Source: Planctomycetota bacterium (GTDB lineage Bacteria > Planctomycetota > Uabimicrobiia > Uabimicrobiales > JABWCH01). Taken from it: a stretch of DNA of 64,000 nucleotides. Made by a program: the position numbers and the translations under genes. The number at the start of each line of letters is the position of its first letter. The first letter of the stretch is position 1. The stretch lies in contig JAGVGO010000238.1 of NCBI GenBank assembly GCA_020057085.1, positions 1,361 through 65,360 on the forward strand, read 5' to 3'. Under the pieces are notes generated by a model. The model saw only the letters and a list, made by a program, of their open reading frames with translations, did not search any database and was not told where the DNA came from. Shown in pieces: positions 25,853 to 35,286 of the stretch.

Positions 25853-26596
25853 CTACGATCTACGATCTTGTAAAACAGGAAATTTCTCGCGTACTTCGCT
25901 CACCGCCTGTGGTCGCAGCTCGACGCCGAAGATACCTTCTTCATCGCCGCAATCCAAAAGGGTCGTGCCCCACGGGCTCAACACCGCCGATTTACCTGGA
26001 TAGTTGACTTTGGTGTCACTACCGATGCGGTTGACGCCAATGACATAGGCCTGGTTTTCCATGGCGCGCGCCTTGAGCAGAGTGTTCCACGCTTCGATGC
26101 GAAGCTGTGGCCAGTTGGCGACCACTACAAACACGTCGGTACACGTCGCCAGCCGCCAGAACACATCGGCAAAACGCAGGTCATAACAGACAAACGGCGA
26201 CACCCTGAGGTCGCCGAGGATAAAGCTAACTGGTGCATCACCCGGCAGGTAGGCTGTGTTCTCATGGGCAAACGAGAAGAGATGCATCTTGGCATAACGG
26301 GACAGCATTTGTCCCTGGTTGTCCACCGTGAACAGCCAGTTTCTGCGGTCCTGGACGCCGCCAAAGCTTATAGCCATGTGTTGGCTCTGAGCCAGATCGC
26401 TAAAGAAAGCAATATCACCGGCATCCAGAGTCGTCTTATCGTTTTTCATGGAAAAACCGGAGAGCGTCATTTCTGGCAAGATCAGCCAGTCCAGGGGCTT
26501 TTCGCCGCGATATGCAGCGATCATGGCGCCAATCTTGGCTCTGTTTGCCTCTCTGTTTTCCCAGACAATATTGAATTGACAAATTCCTGCTTGCAT
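25853..26596 (-). CDS. Carbon-nitrogen hydrolase (nitrilase superfamily, omega-amidase/YafV-like)
   Basis: 247-aa ORF with a catalytic E-K-C triad context: ILPEMTLSGF, AKMHLF, PFVCYDLRF. ANWP and ARAMENQ motifs are also present. Confidence 0.85.
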   Translation of the reverse strand: MQAGICQFNIVWENREANRAKIGAMIAAYRGEKPLDWLILPEMTLSGFSMKNDKTTLDAGDIAFFSDLAQSQHMAISFGGVQDRRNWLFTVDNQGQMLSRYAKMHLFSFAHENTAYLPGDAPVSFILGDLRVSPFVCYDLRFADVFWRLATCTDVFVVVANWPQLRIEAWNTLLKARAMENQAYVIGVNRIGSDTKVNYPGKSAVLSPWGTTLLDCGDEEGIFGVELRPQAVSEVREKFPVLQDRRS

Positions 26597-26625
26597 AAAT
26601 ATCTGTACCTATTAACTTTAGCTCG

Positions 26626-28149
26626 CTATTTCTTTTGCAGCCAGGCTTCCACTTCCTCTATTTTGCTGGGGATGCCGGATGTCAAAATCTTGCACCCGTT
26701 TTGGGTGACGAGTACGTCGTCTTCGATGCGGATGCCGATATTCTGATAGCGTACCACCTGGGCGGCAATTTTTTGCGCGAATTCATCACCGAACATCTGC
26801 TGTGCGCGCACAAGCAGATCGGGTGACACGTAGATGCCAGGCTCGACCGTGAGCACCATGCCCGGTGTGAGTGGTATGTTGTGAGGCCCGACGTCGTGGG
26901 TATCGAGTCCCAGCCAATGGCTGGTGCCGTGCATGAAGTAGAGGTTATACGCACCGCTCTCCACATTGTCAATGAGGCCGAGGCGTAATAGACCCTGGGA
27001 GACAGTCTCTACAGCACGCTGGTGGATTTGTGCGAATTTGACGCCAGGCTTGATCGTAGCAAAGGCGGCTTCTTGCGCCGCCTGCACGATTTCATAGATA
27101 TCCCGTTGCTCCTTGCTGAAAGTGCCGTTCACCGGCAGCGTGCGCGTGATGTCGGCGGCGTAGTAATCGTAGCTGGCGCCAATATCGAGCAGCAACAAAT
27201 CGCCGTCCTCCAGACGACGCCTGCCATAAGGATAGTGCAGGGTCGTGGTGTTGGCGCCGCTCGCAACGATCGCCGGAAACGCCCAATCTGCTTCGTGTTG
27301 CTGGAACACGTACTCGATGAGCGCCCTGATTTCATATTCGTAGACGCCGCTTTGCATCTCGTCGGCTACCATGCAGAGAGCCTGTTCGGTGATACGCATG
27401 GCTTTTTGCATACGGGCAAGCTCGGCAGGCGATTTGACGAGGCGCAGCTCGGCGAGCATCGTCCCTATGTCGCGGGAGCGGGCATCGGGAAAACGTGCGA
27501 TGAACCGTTGCGCAAAGCGTTTTTCACGGCTCATGTCGCCTTCTTCGTCTGCCTTGCGCTGGAGGTCGAGGTAGACGACCGTCTTTTTCTGCCGCCGCCC
27601 TGCAAAAAAAGGATGCTTGCCCAGGTGGTGGCGATCGAGCAAGCCGGCATCGCTGCGCATGAGTTGGGTGAAGATTTTGTCGAATTCGCTCGTCGCGTAG
27701 ATACTGTCAATACCGCTCAGGCGGCTGCCCTCTTCACGGCGCAAGTGCTTGCCGTACCACAATTCGTCTTCGGGACTGACTGTTTGCAGAAACAGAAATG
27801 CCGGCGTAACTTTCTCGTGGTGCGCCAGCAACAGCAAAATGGTGTCGGCTTGCCTGATGCCGGTGAGATAGAACAGGTGGCTGCTCTGGCGGTATGGATA
27901 GTCTGTGTCGCCCGACTTGTTGCGTTGGGGGGCGCTGAAGAGGATTACCATGCCGCACTTGTCCATCTTTTCCGCCAGGGCATCCCGTCGCCGCTTGAGA
28001 TCGCTGGCTAGGTCGCTGTCAAGCGTCGGATCGGCGTTTGTATCGTCGCTAACCGTAACACGCGGTACTGCTTCCTGGGCGCTCGTTGCCTGTCCCCACG
28101 GCGTGGGCAGCAGGCACAACAAAGAAATGGCGATGGTGAGGAGTTTCAT
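26626..28149 (-). CDS. Xaa-Pro aminopeptidase (peptidase M24B) with signal peptide
   Basis: 507-aa ORF. N-terminal signal MKLLTIAISLLCLLPTPWGQATSA. M24 metal-ligand motifs DIGASYDYYAADITRT, HGTSHWLGLDTHD, LTVEPGIY, GIRIEDDVLVT. Its ATG overlaps the upstream stop (ATGA). Confidence 0.85.
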   Translation of the reverse strand: MKLLTIAISLLCLLPTPWGQATSAQEAVPRVTVSDDTNADPTLDSDLASDLKRRRDALAEKMDKCGMVILFSAPQRNKSGDTDYPYRQSSHLFYLTGIRQADTILLLLAHHEKVTPAFLFLQTVSPEDELWYGKHLRREEGSRLSGIDSIYATSEFDKIFTQLMRSDAGLLDRHHLGKHPFFAGRRQKKTVVYLDLQRKADEEGDMSREKRFAQRFIARFPDARSRDIGTMLAELRLVKSPAELARMQKAMRITEQALCMVADEMQSGVYEYEIRALIEYVFQQHEADWAFPAIVASGANTTTLHYPYGRRRLEDGDLLLLDIGASYDYYAADITRTLPVNGTFSKEQRDIYEIVQAAQEAAFATIKPGVKFAQIHQRAVETVSQGLLRLGLIDNVESGAYNLYFMHGTSHWLGLDTHDVGPHNIPLTPGMVLTVEPGIYVSPDLLVRAQQMFGDEFAQKIAAQVVRYQNIGIRIEDDVLVTQNGCKILTSGIPSKIEEVEAWLQKK

Positions 28150-29672
28150 TTGCCGTACTCATCGAGCAAACCGCCAGACCCGGCGATCTGCCAGGCTGGA
28201 ATTTCCTGATCTGCAGGAAGTTGTTGGTCCATCCCGCGAAACATGTTCATGACCGAAATCGGCAATGTCTGCCAACTGCGGAAGAGCCCGCCCTGGCTAT
28301 TCATCAGATACAGCAAACACGGCTGCCGGCCAAGGTCCAGGCGCACACCGTACCAGCGAGCGCCGTCACACTGGAACATGAAGACATCGAAGCCATTCGC
28401 TTCATCCTGTACCACGACACTGCCGATATGCCGGCGGTATTTTTGCGTGAGCGATGGGCTCACTTCCGGCTGCTGGGGCACTTCACCGGCTGCTGCCTGG
28501 CCGCTGTGGTACTGCAGGAACATGTGCGTGGTCTCGCTTAACTCTTCGCGGAAGCTGGTTTTGTGGAAACGCTCTTGCAACAGTTGCTCGGCAAGAAACG
28601 AAACGGCGCTGGTATTCTTTATGTACATACCGACAGCACAAGGAACCGAAAGCAAGAGCGCCCAGACAGTGAGCACCCGCAGTTGCGTCTTGTGTCCTGA
28701 CAGATGCAAAGTAAAGGCGGTGGTGACCATGGGCAGGAGAAAGGAAACGACGAGAAAAAACATGAAAAACAGCGATACGAAAATCATCATAGCCGCATCT
28801 TTCCAGTCGAGGTGCGGCGGGTAGGCGGATGGGTAGGAAAAGGCTGTCTCCAGCATCAGTACCATGGCAATGGCGAGGATAATTTTCGCATAGAGGAAAA
28901 ACTCCTGCCGCGCCTTGCTGGAAAAGAGGAGCGATGGGAAACCGAGCAAAGGATAACACAGATAATACAAAAACGAGCTGGGTTTGTTATGGTAGTAATA
29001 ATCGTACAGCCGCCGCACACTGGCCAGCACTTCACCCATGAGCGGCAGCCGTTCCATCACTTCGTAATGTTCCAAATTTTTTTTCACGGAGCCGACGATG
29101 CCGGTGGCGACGAGAACTACCAGCATGATGAGAGACAGTTCATATTGTTTGAGGATGACCGTGAACATCACGAAGAGAGGCGGCACAACGGTAAAGAAGA
29201 ACAACCGCACAGGAAAAGCCAGGTAGCTAAAAATCCCCTTGGACTCTGCCCACGGAGCGATTGTCGCCTCTTCTTCGGCGATGAACTGTTCCGGCTTTTC
29301 CTGCATTTGTCGCTGTATTTTGCTGCGCGCCTCTTTCACCAGGAAATAGGTGAGGAAAAAATCCAACCCCCAGCCAAAACAAAAAAAACCGCCAGAGAAG
29401 GCATAGAGGAGGCCGGTAAAGTATTTGCCCAAATAAAAACGGTGGGCGCCCAGATACCCCAGACAAGCCCACAAGATGTAGGCAGTGAGGTAAGACGGTT
29501 CATGCCTGCGGCGCACTTCATCGGATACCGTCGCCGATTGCATATCGCGGCTCAGTGCCGCAGGTTCATGCTCAGATTCAGGGAAATTCATAGAAAATAT
29601 GCGGCGGAAACCTCTGCGAGGAAGCCGCACCCTCCTTATTCGGGTAAAACCATAGGCAAAAACTGCCGTCAC
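28146..29672 (-). CDS. TM2-domain polytopic membrane protein, function unknown
   Basis: 508-aa ORF. TM2 domain YLTAYILWACLGYLGAHRFYLGKYFTGLLYAFSGGFFCFGWGLDFF, then several more hydrophobic helices and a soluble C-terminal domain of about 130 aa. The GTG start overlaps the upstream stop (GTGA). An ATG at 29591 is an alternative start. Confidence 0.7.
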   Translation of the reverse strand: MTAVFAYGFTRIRRVRLPRRGFRRIFSMNFPESEHEPAALSRDMQSATVSDEVRRRHEPSYLTAYILWACLGYLGAHRFYLGKYFTGLLYAFSGGFFCFGWGLDFFLTYFLVKEARSKIQRQMQEKPEQFIAEEEATIAPWAESKGIFSYLAFPVRLFFFTVVPPLFVMFTVILKQYELSLIMLVVLVATGIVGSVKKNLEHYEVMERLPLMGEVLASVRRLYDYYYHNKPSSFLYYLCYPLLGFPSLLFSSKARQEFFLYAKIILAIAMVLMLETAFSYPSAYPPHLDWKDAAMMIFVSLFFMFFLVVSFLLPMVTTAFTLHLSGHKTQLRVLTVWALLLSVPCAVGMYIKNTSAVSFLAEQLLQERFHKTSFREELSETTHMFLQYHSGQAAAGEVPQQPEVSPSLTQKYRRHIGSVVVQDEANGFDVFMFQCDGARWYGVRLDLGRQPCLLYLMNSQGGLFRSWQTLPISVMNMFRGMDQQLPADQEIPAWQIAGSGGLLDEYGK

Positions 29673-32014
29673 TTCTTCTCTCGCACGATCGCCATCGCCA
29701 CTTTCTCGGCTGTGATCGGCATACTCTTGATGCGCAGTCCGAGCGCGTCTTCCACGGCATTGGCGACCATCGGCGCGGCTGGAATCATGGTGTGTTCGCC
29801 CATACCGCGGGCACCATAGGGACCGTCGGGTTGCGCCACTTCGATGATGATCGGCACCACTTTGTCCGGAATCTCGACACTCGTCGGGATCTTGTAGTCG
29901 GTAAAATTCTGGTTGAGCATGCGCCCCTTGTCGTCGTAGCGCATGTCTTCGTAGAGTACCGTGGCAAGCCCCTGCAACAGACCGCCGGTCACCTGGCTGT
30001 TGACTAGGTCAGGGTTGATCGCCTTGCCCACGTCAACCGCCTCGACCGCCTTGAGTACGCGCATCTTGCCAGTCTCTCTGTCAATTTCCAAAGTGATGGC
30101 GGCGGCGCCCACTGTGTAGTGGACGGTCGGATGCCCGCCCTGGCCGGTTTCAGGGTTGCTCAGAGCCGAAGAAAATTCCGGCATGTACATGCCATGTCCG
30201 GTCACCGGTCGGCCACGGAAGGTGCCGTCTTTCATCATCAGTCCGTTGATGACGAAACTTTTGAGTGCGACGCTGAAACTGGCATCGCTTCTCGATTTTA
30301 CCTGCTCGTTGTCGAGATAGATATCTTGCTTGGCGATGTTGTAGAAACTGTGGATGAGGTCAAATATCTGCTCGCGTGCCTCGAGAGCGGCAGCTTTCAC
30401 CGCATTGCCGGTAGACCAGGTGATGTGCGAGGCGACGGTCTGCCACTCGTAAGGGTTGCGGTCGGTGTCGGGCGTCTCGACGCGGATTTTGGCGACCGGC
30501 ACCGTCAACACTTCGGCGGCGATCTGCGCCATGACGGTCAAAAATCCCTGGCCGATTTCCATGGCCGACACCAGGATGTTGATACTGGCGTCTTCGTTGA
30601 ACTTGAGGAAAGCGGCCGAGGCGGCGTTGGGTGGCATGGCCGGAGCTTTCCAGAAGAGCGAAAAGCCTTTGCCGATCACCTTGTTGGGGTCTTTGGACAC
30701 TTCTTTCTTGCCCCACTCGATTTCTTTTGCTACTTTGTCAATGGCTTCGATAAGCCCGTTCGGGTTCATGTGTCCGCCATAAGCCAGGGTGTCGCCCTCG
30801 CGGATGGCATTCTTACGCCGGAACTCGACCGGGTCCATGCCGATAGCCCTGGCCACGCGCGTCATGTGCGATTCGAGGCCGAAGTGGAACTCCGAGTAAC
30901 CGAATCCGCGGTAAGGGCCTCCGGGCGGCAGGTTGGTGTAGATGCAAAGCGAATCGATTTTGAGGTTGGGGATGCGGTAGGTGCCGGTGGCCGAAAGCCC
31001 AGCGGCATTCACCACGTTGGCGCCGTATTCGACATAAGCGCCGGCGTCCCAGTACAGCGTGTGTTCCATGGCGGTGATGGTGCCGTCTTTCTTGACGCCA
31101 AGTTTCAGTTTGGCCACTACGCCCTGGCGCTGGTAGGTGTTGTGAAATTCCTGGGCACGGTTCCACATCACTTTGACCGGCATGCCCTTCACCCTGGTCG
31201 CCAGCACGGCGGCCAGAATCTCCATGGTGACACCCGCTTTGCCACCAAAGCCACCGCCGACGTACGGTGTGATGACACGCACATCTTTGTTGCTGAGTCC
31301 TAGCGAGGCGAGTGTCTCGGCAAAAATGTTGCGTTGGGTGTAGGGTGACTGCGAGGCGGTCCACATCGTCAGGCGGCCGGTGTAGTCGTAGAGACCGACA
31401 GCTCCGTGTACTTCGATGGCACAGTGCGAATAGCGCGGCACTTTGTAGGTGTCTTCGAGGATGAAATCGGCTTCTTTGAAGCCTTGCTCGATGTCGCCAC
31501 GCCGGACTTTACGCCAGTGGGCGATGTTGGTATCGGCCTTGGGAAAAAACCACGGCACATGCGGATAATTGCCGAGCTCGGGGTGGATGAGTGTCGGTTT
31601 TTCCTGGATCGCCACTTCCGGATCGAGGACGGCCGGCAGCGGCTCGTACTCTACTTCCACCAGTTTGCTGGCGCGAATGGCGGTCTTCTGGTCGTGCGCG
31701 ATCACGGCGGCGACCTGCTCGCCGACAAAGCGTACGCGGTCAACGGCAAAGGTGTAGCGGTCTTTCATGTAGAGGCCGAACTTGTAGGGTACGTCTTTGC
31801 CGGTCACCACCGCCACGACTCCAGGTAGTTGCTGTGCTTGACTCGTGTCGATTTTCTTGATGAGGGCATGCGCATGCGGACTCTCGATGATGTTGGCATA
31901 CACCAGGTTAGGGCCGAATGCGATGTCGTCAACATATTGAGCGGCACCGGTGATCTTTTCCAGCCCGTCAATGCGCACTACCGACTTGCCAATTACTTTT
32001 AACTCTTCGCTCAT
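29669..32014 (-). CDS. Molybdopterin-binding large subunit of a xanthine dehydrogenase/aldehyde oxidoreductase-family hydroxylase
   Basis: 781-aa ORF. N-terminus GKSVVRIDGLEKITGAAQYVDDI, GGGFGGK, and C-terminal GEHTMIPAAPMVANAV are typical of the aldehyde oxidase/xanthine dehydrogenase a/b hammerhead and Moco-binding domains. Confidence 0.9.
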   Translation of the reverse strand: MSEELKVIGKSVVRIDGLEKITGAAQYVDDIAFGPNLVYANIIESPHAHALIKKIDTSQAQQLPGVVAVVTGKDVPYKFGLYMKDRYTFAVDRVRFVGEQVAAVIAHDQKTAIRASKLVEVEYEPLPAVLDPEVAIQEKPTLIHPELGNYPHVPWFFPKADTNIAHWRKVRRGDIEQGFKEADFILEDTYKVPRYSHCAIEVHGAVGLYDYTGRLTMWTASQSPYTQRNIFAETLASLGLSNKDVRVITPYVGGGFGGKAGVTMEILAAVLATRVKGMPVKVMWNRAQEFHNTYQRQGVVAKLKLGVKKDGTITAMEHTLYWDAGAYVEYGANVVNAAGLSATGTYRIPNLKIDSLCIYTNLPPGGPYRGFGYSEFHFGLESHMTRVARAIGMDPVEFRRKNAIREGDTLAYGGHMNPNGLIEAIDKVAKEIEWGKKEVSKDPNKVIGKGFSLFWKAPAMPPNAASAAFLKFNEDASINILVSAMEIGQGFLTVMAQIAAEVLTVPVAKIRVETPDTDRNPYEWQTVASHITWSTGNAVKAAALEAREQIFDLIHSFYNIAKQDIYLDNEQVKSRSDASFSVALKSFVINGLMMKDGTFRGRPVTGHGMYMPEFSSALSNPETGQGGHPTVHYTVGAAAITLEIDRETGKMRVLKAVEAVDVGKAINPDLVNSQVTGGLLQGLATVLYEDMRYDDKGRMLNQNFTDYKIPTSVEIPDKVVPIIIEVAQPDGPYGARGMGEHTMIPAAPMVANAVEDALGLRIKSMPITAEKVAMAIVREKK

Positions 32015-32016
32015 GG

Positions 32017-32493
32017 CTACTCCCCCTTCCCTTGCACCAGATCGCTAATCGCGGTAATGATCGGTTCATAGCCGGTGCAACGGCACAAATTGCCACACAG
32101 TGTCTCCTTGATTTCTTCGCGCGAAGGATTGGGATTTTTTTGCAACATTTCCGTGGCCGTGATGACGATGCCCGGCGTGCAAAATCCGCACTGGAAGGAG
32201 TTGTGTTTGAGGAAAGATTTCTGGAGCGGCGTCAGGCCGTCTTTACACAAACCTTCGAGGGTGATGACTTCCTGGCCGTCAACTTCGATAGCCAGGATGA
32301 GGCAGCTACGTACACTTTTGCCATCGAGAAATACCGTGCAGGTGCCGCAATCGCCACGGCCACAGCCACATTTCGGACTCTTGAGGCCGAGCCTGTCGCG
32401 CAGCAGTTCGAGCAGCGTGTCGTTGCTCTCCACCTCCACGCTTCGCGTTTCATGGTTGAGCTTGAAAGTTATTGTTTTTTTCATAAAACTCAT
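32017..32493 (-). CDS. [2Fe-2S]-binding small subunit of the molybdenum hydroxylase
   Basis: 158-aa ORF. Plant-type cluster CGCGRGDCGTCTV and second cluster CGFCTPG...CRCTGY. It ends 2 nt before the large-subunit start. Confidence 0.9.
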   Translation of the reverse strand: MSFMKKTITFKLNHETRSVEVESNDTLLELLRDRLGLKSPKCGCGRGDCGTCTVFLDGKSVRSCLILAIEVDGQEVITLEGLCKDGLTPLQKSFLKHNSFQCGFCTPGIVITATEMLQKNPNPSREEIKETLCGNLCRCTGYEPIITAISDLVQGKGE

Positions 32494-32502
32494 GCGCAGA
32501 AA

Positions 32503-32669
32503 GCAGGGCTATTTCATTCTTCGTGTTTTGCCATCTTCGCGCGGCAATGCCTTCTCCACGATGATCGGAACAACGAACGGTTGCAACCAAAGTGCGCGTA
32601 AGCTGGACAGCCGATCCTCGTTACGAAGGCATTTGCCGCGCTCGCTCTGGAGAATGAAATGACCCTGGC
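32503..32669 (-). promoter_or_regulatory. Long multi-helix RNA structure in the 5' leader of the Mo-hydroxylase operon (riboswitch/attenuator candidate)
   Basis: Three nested complementary pairs. First, 32503-32520 with 32651-32669 (10 bp + 2 mismatches + 5 bp). Second, 32541-32554 with 32625-32639 (14 bp, 1 bulge). Third, 32558-32568 with 32611-32621 (11 bp, 1 mismatch). The apex of about 42 nt contains the palindrome GGTTGCAACC. The element ends 9 nt upstream of the ATG at 32493. Confidence 0.45.
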
Positions 32670-32793
32670 AGAAAGCCGCATCCTTCTATTTCCTGTTAAG
32701 TCGCTGTCAAAAAATAAGAATAACTGAAATCATGTTTGCAACATGCACCCACACGCGTGCGCCGTCAGCCGCTGCGGGTAATAATGTCAAGTC

Positions 32794-32822
32794 ATTGTAT
32801 GAAATTTCTTTTGCCGGTTCAA
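32794..32822 (-). promoter_or_regulatory. Sigma70-like promoter candidate for the Mo-hydroxylase operon
   Basis: Minus strand reads TTGAAC (32822-32817), a 17-nt spacer, then TACAAT (32799-32794). It implies a leader of about 290 nt that contains the structured element. Confidence 0.5.
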
Positions 32823-32874
32823 TATAAATTCCAGTCATTTTTACACAGGCGGTGGCTGTGTTGCTTCTTGTCAC

Positions 32875-32924
32875 ATAAAAATAGCCTGCCATGTGTGTCT
32901 ATATAACAACACACATGGCAGGCT
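32875..32924 (-). terminator. Rho-independent terminator of the beta-oxidation operon
   Basis: Perfect 15-bp stem AGCCTGCCATGTGTG (32883-32897) / CACACATGGCAGGCT (32910-32924). On the minus strand it is followed by ATTTTTAT. It lies 19 nt after the stop of 32944..35274. Confidence 0.8.
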
Positions 32925-32943
32925 CTCGAGCTGACATTATCGC

Positions 32944-35274
32944 TTAATTGAACAACGGTTTCTTGTTTTTCAGCATATAGGCAATACGGTCCTGGCTTTT
33001 TTCCTCACCGCACAGGCTGACAAAAGCTTCGCGTTCGAGTTCGAGAATATACTCTTCGCTTACCGGTTCCACGGGCGAGGCCTTGTCGCCGCCAGTTAGC
33101 ACGTATGCCTGTTTGCGGGCGATGAGTGCGCCGTGCGGCGTGAGCTTGCCGGCGACGACGAGGTCATCCACCTGTGCGTCTATCACCAGATAACCGCTAT
33201 TACCCGGCAGATACAGCTCGCGAAGAGGCTTGGCCGTGTGGCCAGCGATCATGCCAAGAGCTACTTCCTTGGCTCGCTGTATCTGTTCGTCCTTATTGTA
33301 CACCACGTGGTCGCTTTGCCTGATGATCCCTTTGTCCATGGCATCGTAAGCCGAGGTGGACACCGTGCCATAGGCGATCAGCTCAAAAGCTTTCATCATC
33401 GGATAGACAGGGCCGGGGTTGGCCGCTTCCATAGTTTCCAGAAATTGCAAGAGTAGCAGCAGGTTGCCCCCGCCGCCCGGCAAGAGCCCCACGCCTACCT
33501 CGACCAGTCCGCCATAAAATTCGCTCAGCACCACTCGCCGGTGGCCGCTCAGGGTGATCTCCATACCACCACCTAAACTCATGCCATGCGGCGCGACAAC
33601 CACTGGGAAGCCGGCGTGATAGAGGTCAGTGTTGGCCTTCTCGAAGGAAAAACACATCTCCTCGATCTTCTTCCACGCCTTTTCCTTACACGCCTCGAGA
33701 ACCATCTGCAATTGCGCGCCGGCACAGAAATTGTCCGCCTGATTGCCGATGACGAGAGCCTTGAACCCTTCTTCTTTCATCACCTGAGGTACCTGGTTCA
33801 TCATGCGGATGACAAACTCGTCCACCGGGTTCATGGTCGGTACCATCTTGTGGTCCAATTCGAGCAGCAGTACGCTGTCTCCCAAGTCTATGAGCCGCGT
33901 GCTCAGGTTGGCCCTTACCACTTTGCCACTTTGCTTGAGGATTTCCAGCGAGACGTAGTGGGCGGACGGCAGCGGTGTAAAATCTTTGGCCTTTGGCGCA
34001 AAGCAGTAGTTCTTGCCTGCCTCGCTCTTGTACACAGAGCCCTTGGCGATGATATCGTCGAGTACAGGCGGAATCGGAATTACGAATTCCTGCATCCACT
34101 CGCGCGCACGTTCGAGGCCGATATAGTCGAGTACCTCGATTGGGCCGATCTCGCGGCGGAACCCCCATTTGAGAGCATTGTCAATGGCGGCGATGTCGTC
34201 CGTGATTTCGCCCAGCCGGTGCAGGCTGTAAGAGGCGGTGGCCAGCACCAGTTCACGACAGAAGCGACTGGCAGTGTTGTCGCCCTGGCACATCACACGT
34301 ACGCGGTCGCCTGCATTTTCATACTCTTTGGCTGCGCCGACGATGTCGAGTTTTACCTTGTTCTGCGGCCGGTACAGCCACTTTTCGATGTCGAGGGTAA
34401 GAATCTTGTCGCCGCTTTTCTGGTAAAAGCCTTTGCCCGTCTTTTCGCCGAGCATTTTCTCCTGCACCATGCGTTCCAGCCAGGCACAAGGTTTGAAAAT
34501 ATCGCGCACCTCGTCGAGTGGGCAGTTGAGGTAAACGTTCCTGGCCACTTCGACCGCGGTGTCAAGGCCGACCATGTCGCACAGGCGTAGAGTCGCTGTG
34601 TTTGGATTGCCTAGTGGCGGGCCGGTGATGAGGTCTATCATCTCGACATCGAAGCGATAGCGATCCATCATGCTGATACTCTTCATCAGCGAAAAGATGC
34701 CGATGCGGTTGGCAATGAAATTGGTCGTATCTTTACAGATGAGCGGTTTTTTGCCGACTGTTTCATAAAATTGTATAAGAAACTCGGCGATTTTAGGGTC
34801 GCTCTTGTCGCTCAAAATAATCTCGACGAGAGGCATGTAGCGCACCGGGTTAAAGTAGTGGGTGCCGAGAAAATAGCGTGCCATGCTTTCCGACATTACC
34901 CTGGACATGGCGTTGATCGAGAGTCCTGAAGTATTGGTGGCGACGATGGCGTCGCTACGGCGGTGTTTGTCAACTTCCGTAAACACCTTGTGTTTGATTT
35001 CCATTTTCTCCGGTACAGCCTCAATGATCATGTCGGCATTCTTGAGATATTTTTCCATCTCGCTTATCAGCCGCGGCTGGATTCTTTTGACAAAACGCGG
35101 CGTGTACAGGACGGGCATCTTGCTGTTCGGATCGGAGATTTTCTGCAACGTCTTTTCGGCGATGGCACGATCAATATCGTACAGATCGCTCTTGATTCCC
35201 AGGTTGGCAAAGAAGGCGGCAATATGACCACCCATGATGCCGGCGCCTACTATGGCCACATGTTCTATTTTCAT
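32944..35274 (-). CDS. Bifunctional 3-hydroxyacyl-CoA dehydrogenase / enoyl-CoA hydratase (FadN/FadB-like, HAD domain N-terminal)
   Basis: 776-aa ORF. N-terminal Rossmann motif VAIVGAGIMGGHIAAFFANLG and 3HCDH core. The C-terminal crotonase-fold region contains FCAGAQL and PVVVAPHGMSLGGGMEI. Confidence 0.85.
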   Translation of the reverse strand: MKIEHVAIVGAGIMGGHIAAFFANLGIKSDLYDIDRAIAEKTLQKISDPNSKMPVLYTPRFVKRIQPRLISEMEKYLKNADMIIEAVPEKMEIKHKVFTEVDKHRRSDAIVATNTSGLSINAMSRVMSESMARYFLGTHYFNPVRYMPLVEIILSDKSDPKIAEFLIQFYETVGKKPLICKDTTNFIANRIGIFSLMKSISMMDRYRFDVEMIDLITGPPLGNPNTATLRLCDMVGLDTAVEVARNVYLNCPLDEVRDIFKPCAWLERMVQEKMLGEKTGKGFYQKSGDKILTLDIEKWLYRPQNKVKLDIVGAAKEYENAGDRVRVMCQGDNTASRFCRELVLATASYSLHRLGEITDDIAAIDNALKWGFRREIGPIEVLDYIGLERAREWMQEFVIPIPPVLDDIIAKGSVYKSEAGKNYCFAPKAKDFTPLPSAHYVSLEILKQSGKVVRANLSTRLIDLGDSVLLLELDHKMVPTMNPVDEFVIRMMNQVPQVMKEEGFKALVIGNQADNFCAGAQLQMVLEACKEKAWKKIEEMCFSFEKANTDLYHAGFPVVVAPHGMSLGGGMEITLSGHRRVVLSEFYGGLVEVGVGLLPGGGGNLLLLLQFLETMEAANPGPVYPMMKAFELIAYGTVSTSAYDAMDKGIIRQSDHVVYNKDEQIQRAKEVALGMIAGHTAKPLRELYLPGNSGYLVIDAQVDDLVVAGKLTPHGALIARKQAYVLTGGDKASPVEPVSEEYILELEREAFVSLCGEEKSQDRIAYMLKNKKPLFN

Positions 35275-35286
35275 AGATTGTCTCCG

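Noticed and set aside
30119-31303. 394-aa plus-strand ORF antisense to the Moco subunit gene
   Set aside because: The minus-strand frame carries unmistakable xanthine dehydrogenase-family motifs. The antisense frame has biased His/Arg/Gly/Asp composition.
32707-32892. 61-aa minus-strand ORF in the Mo-hydroxylase leader region
   Set aside because: It starts inside the terminator hairpin of the upstream operon and spans the predicted promoter. It has no RBS and an implausible context.
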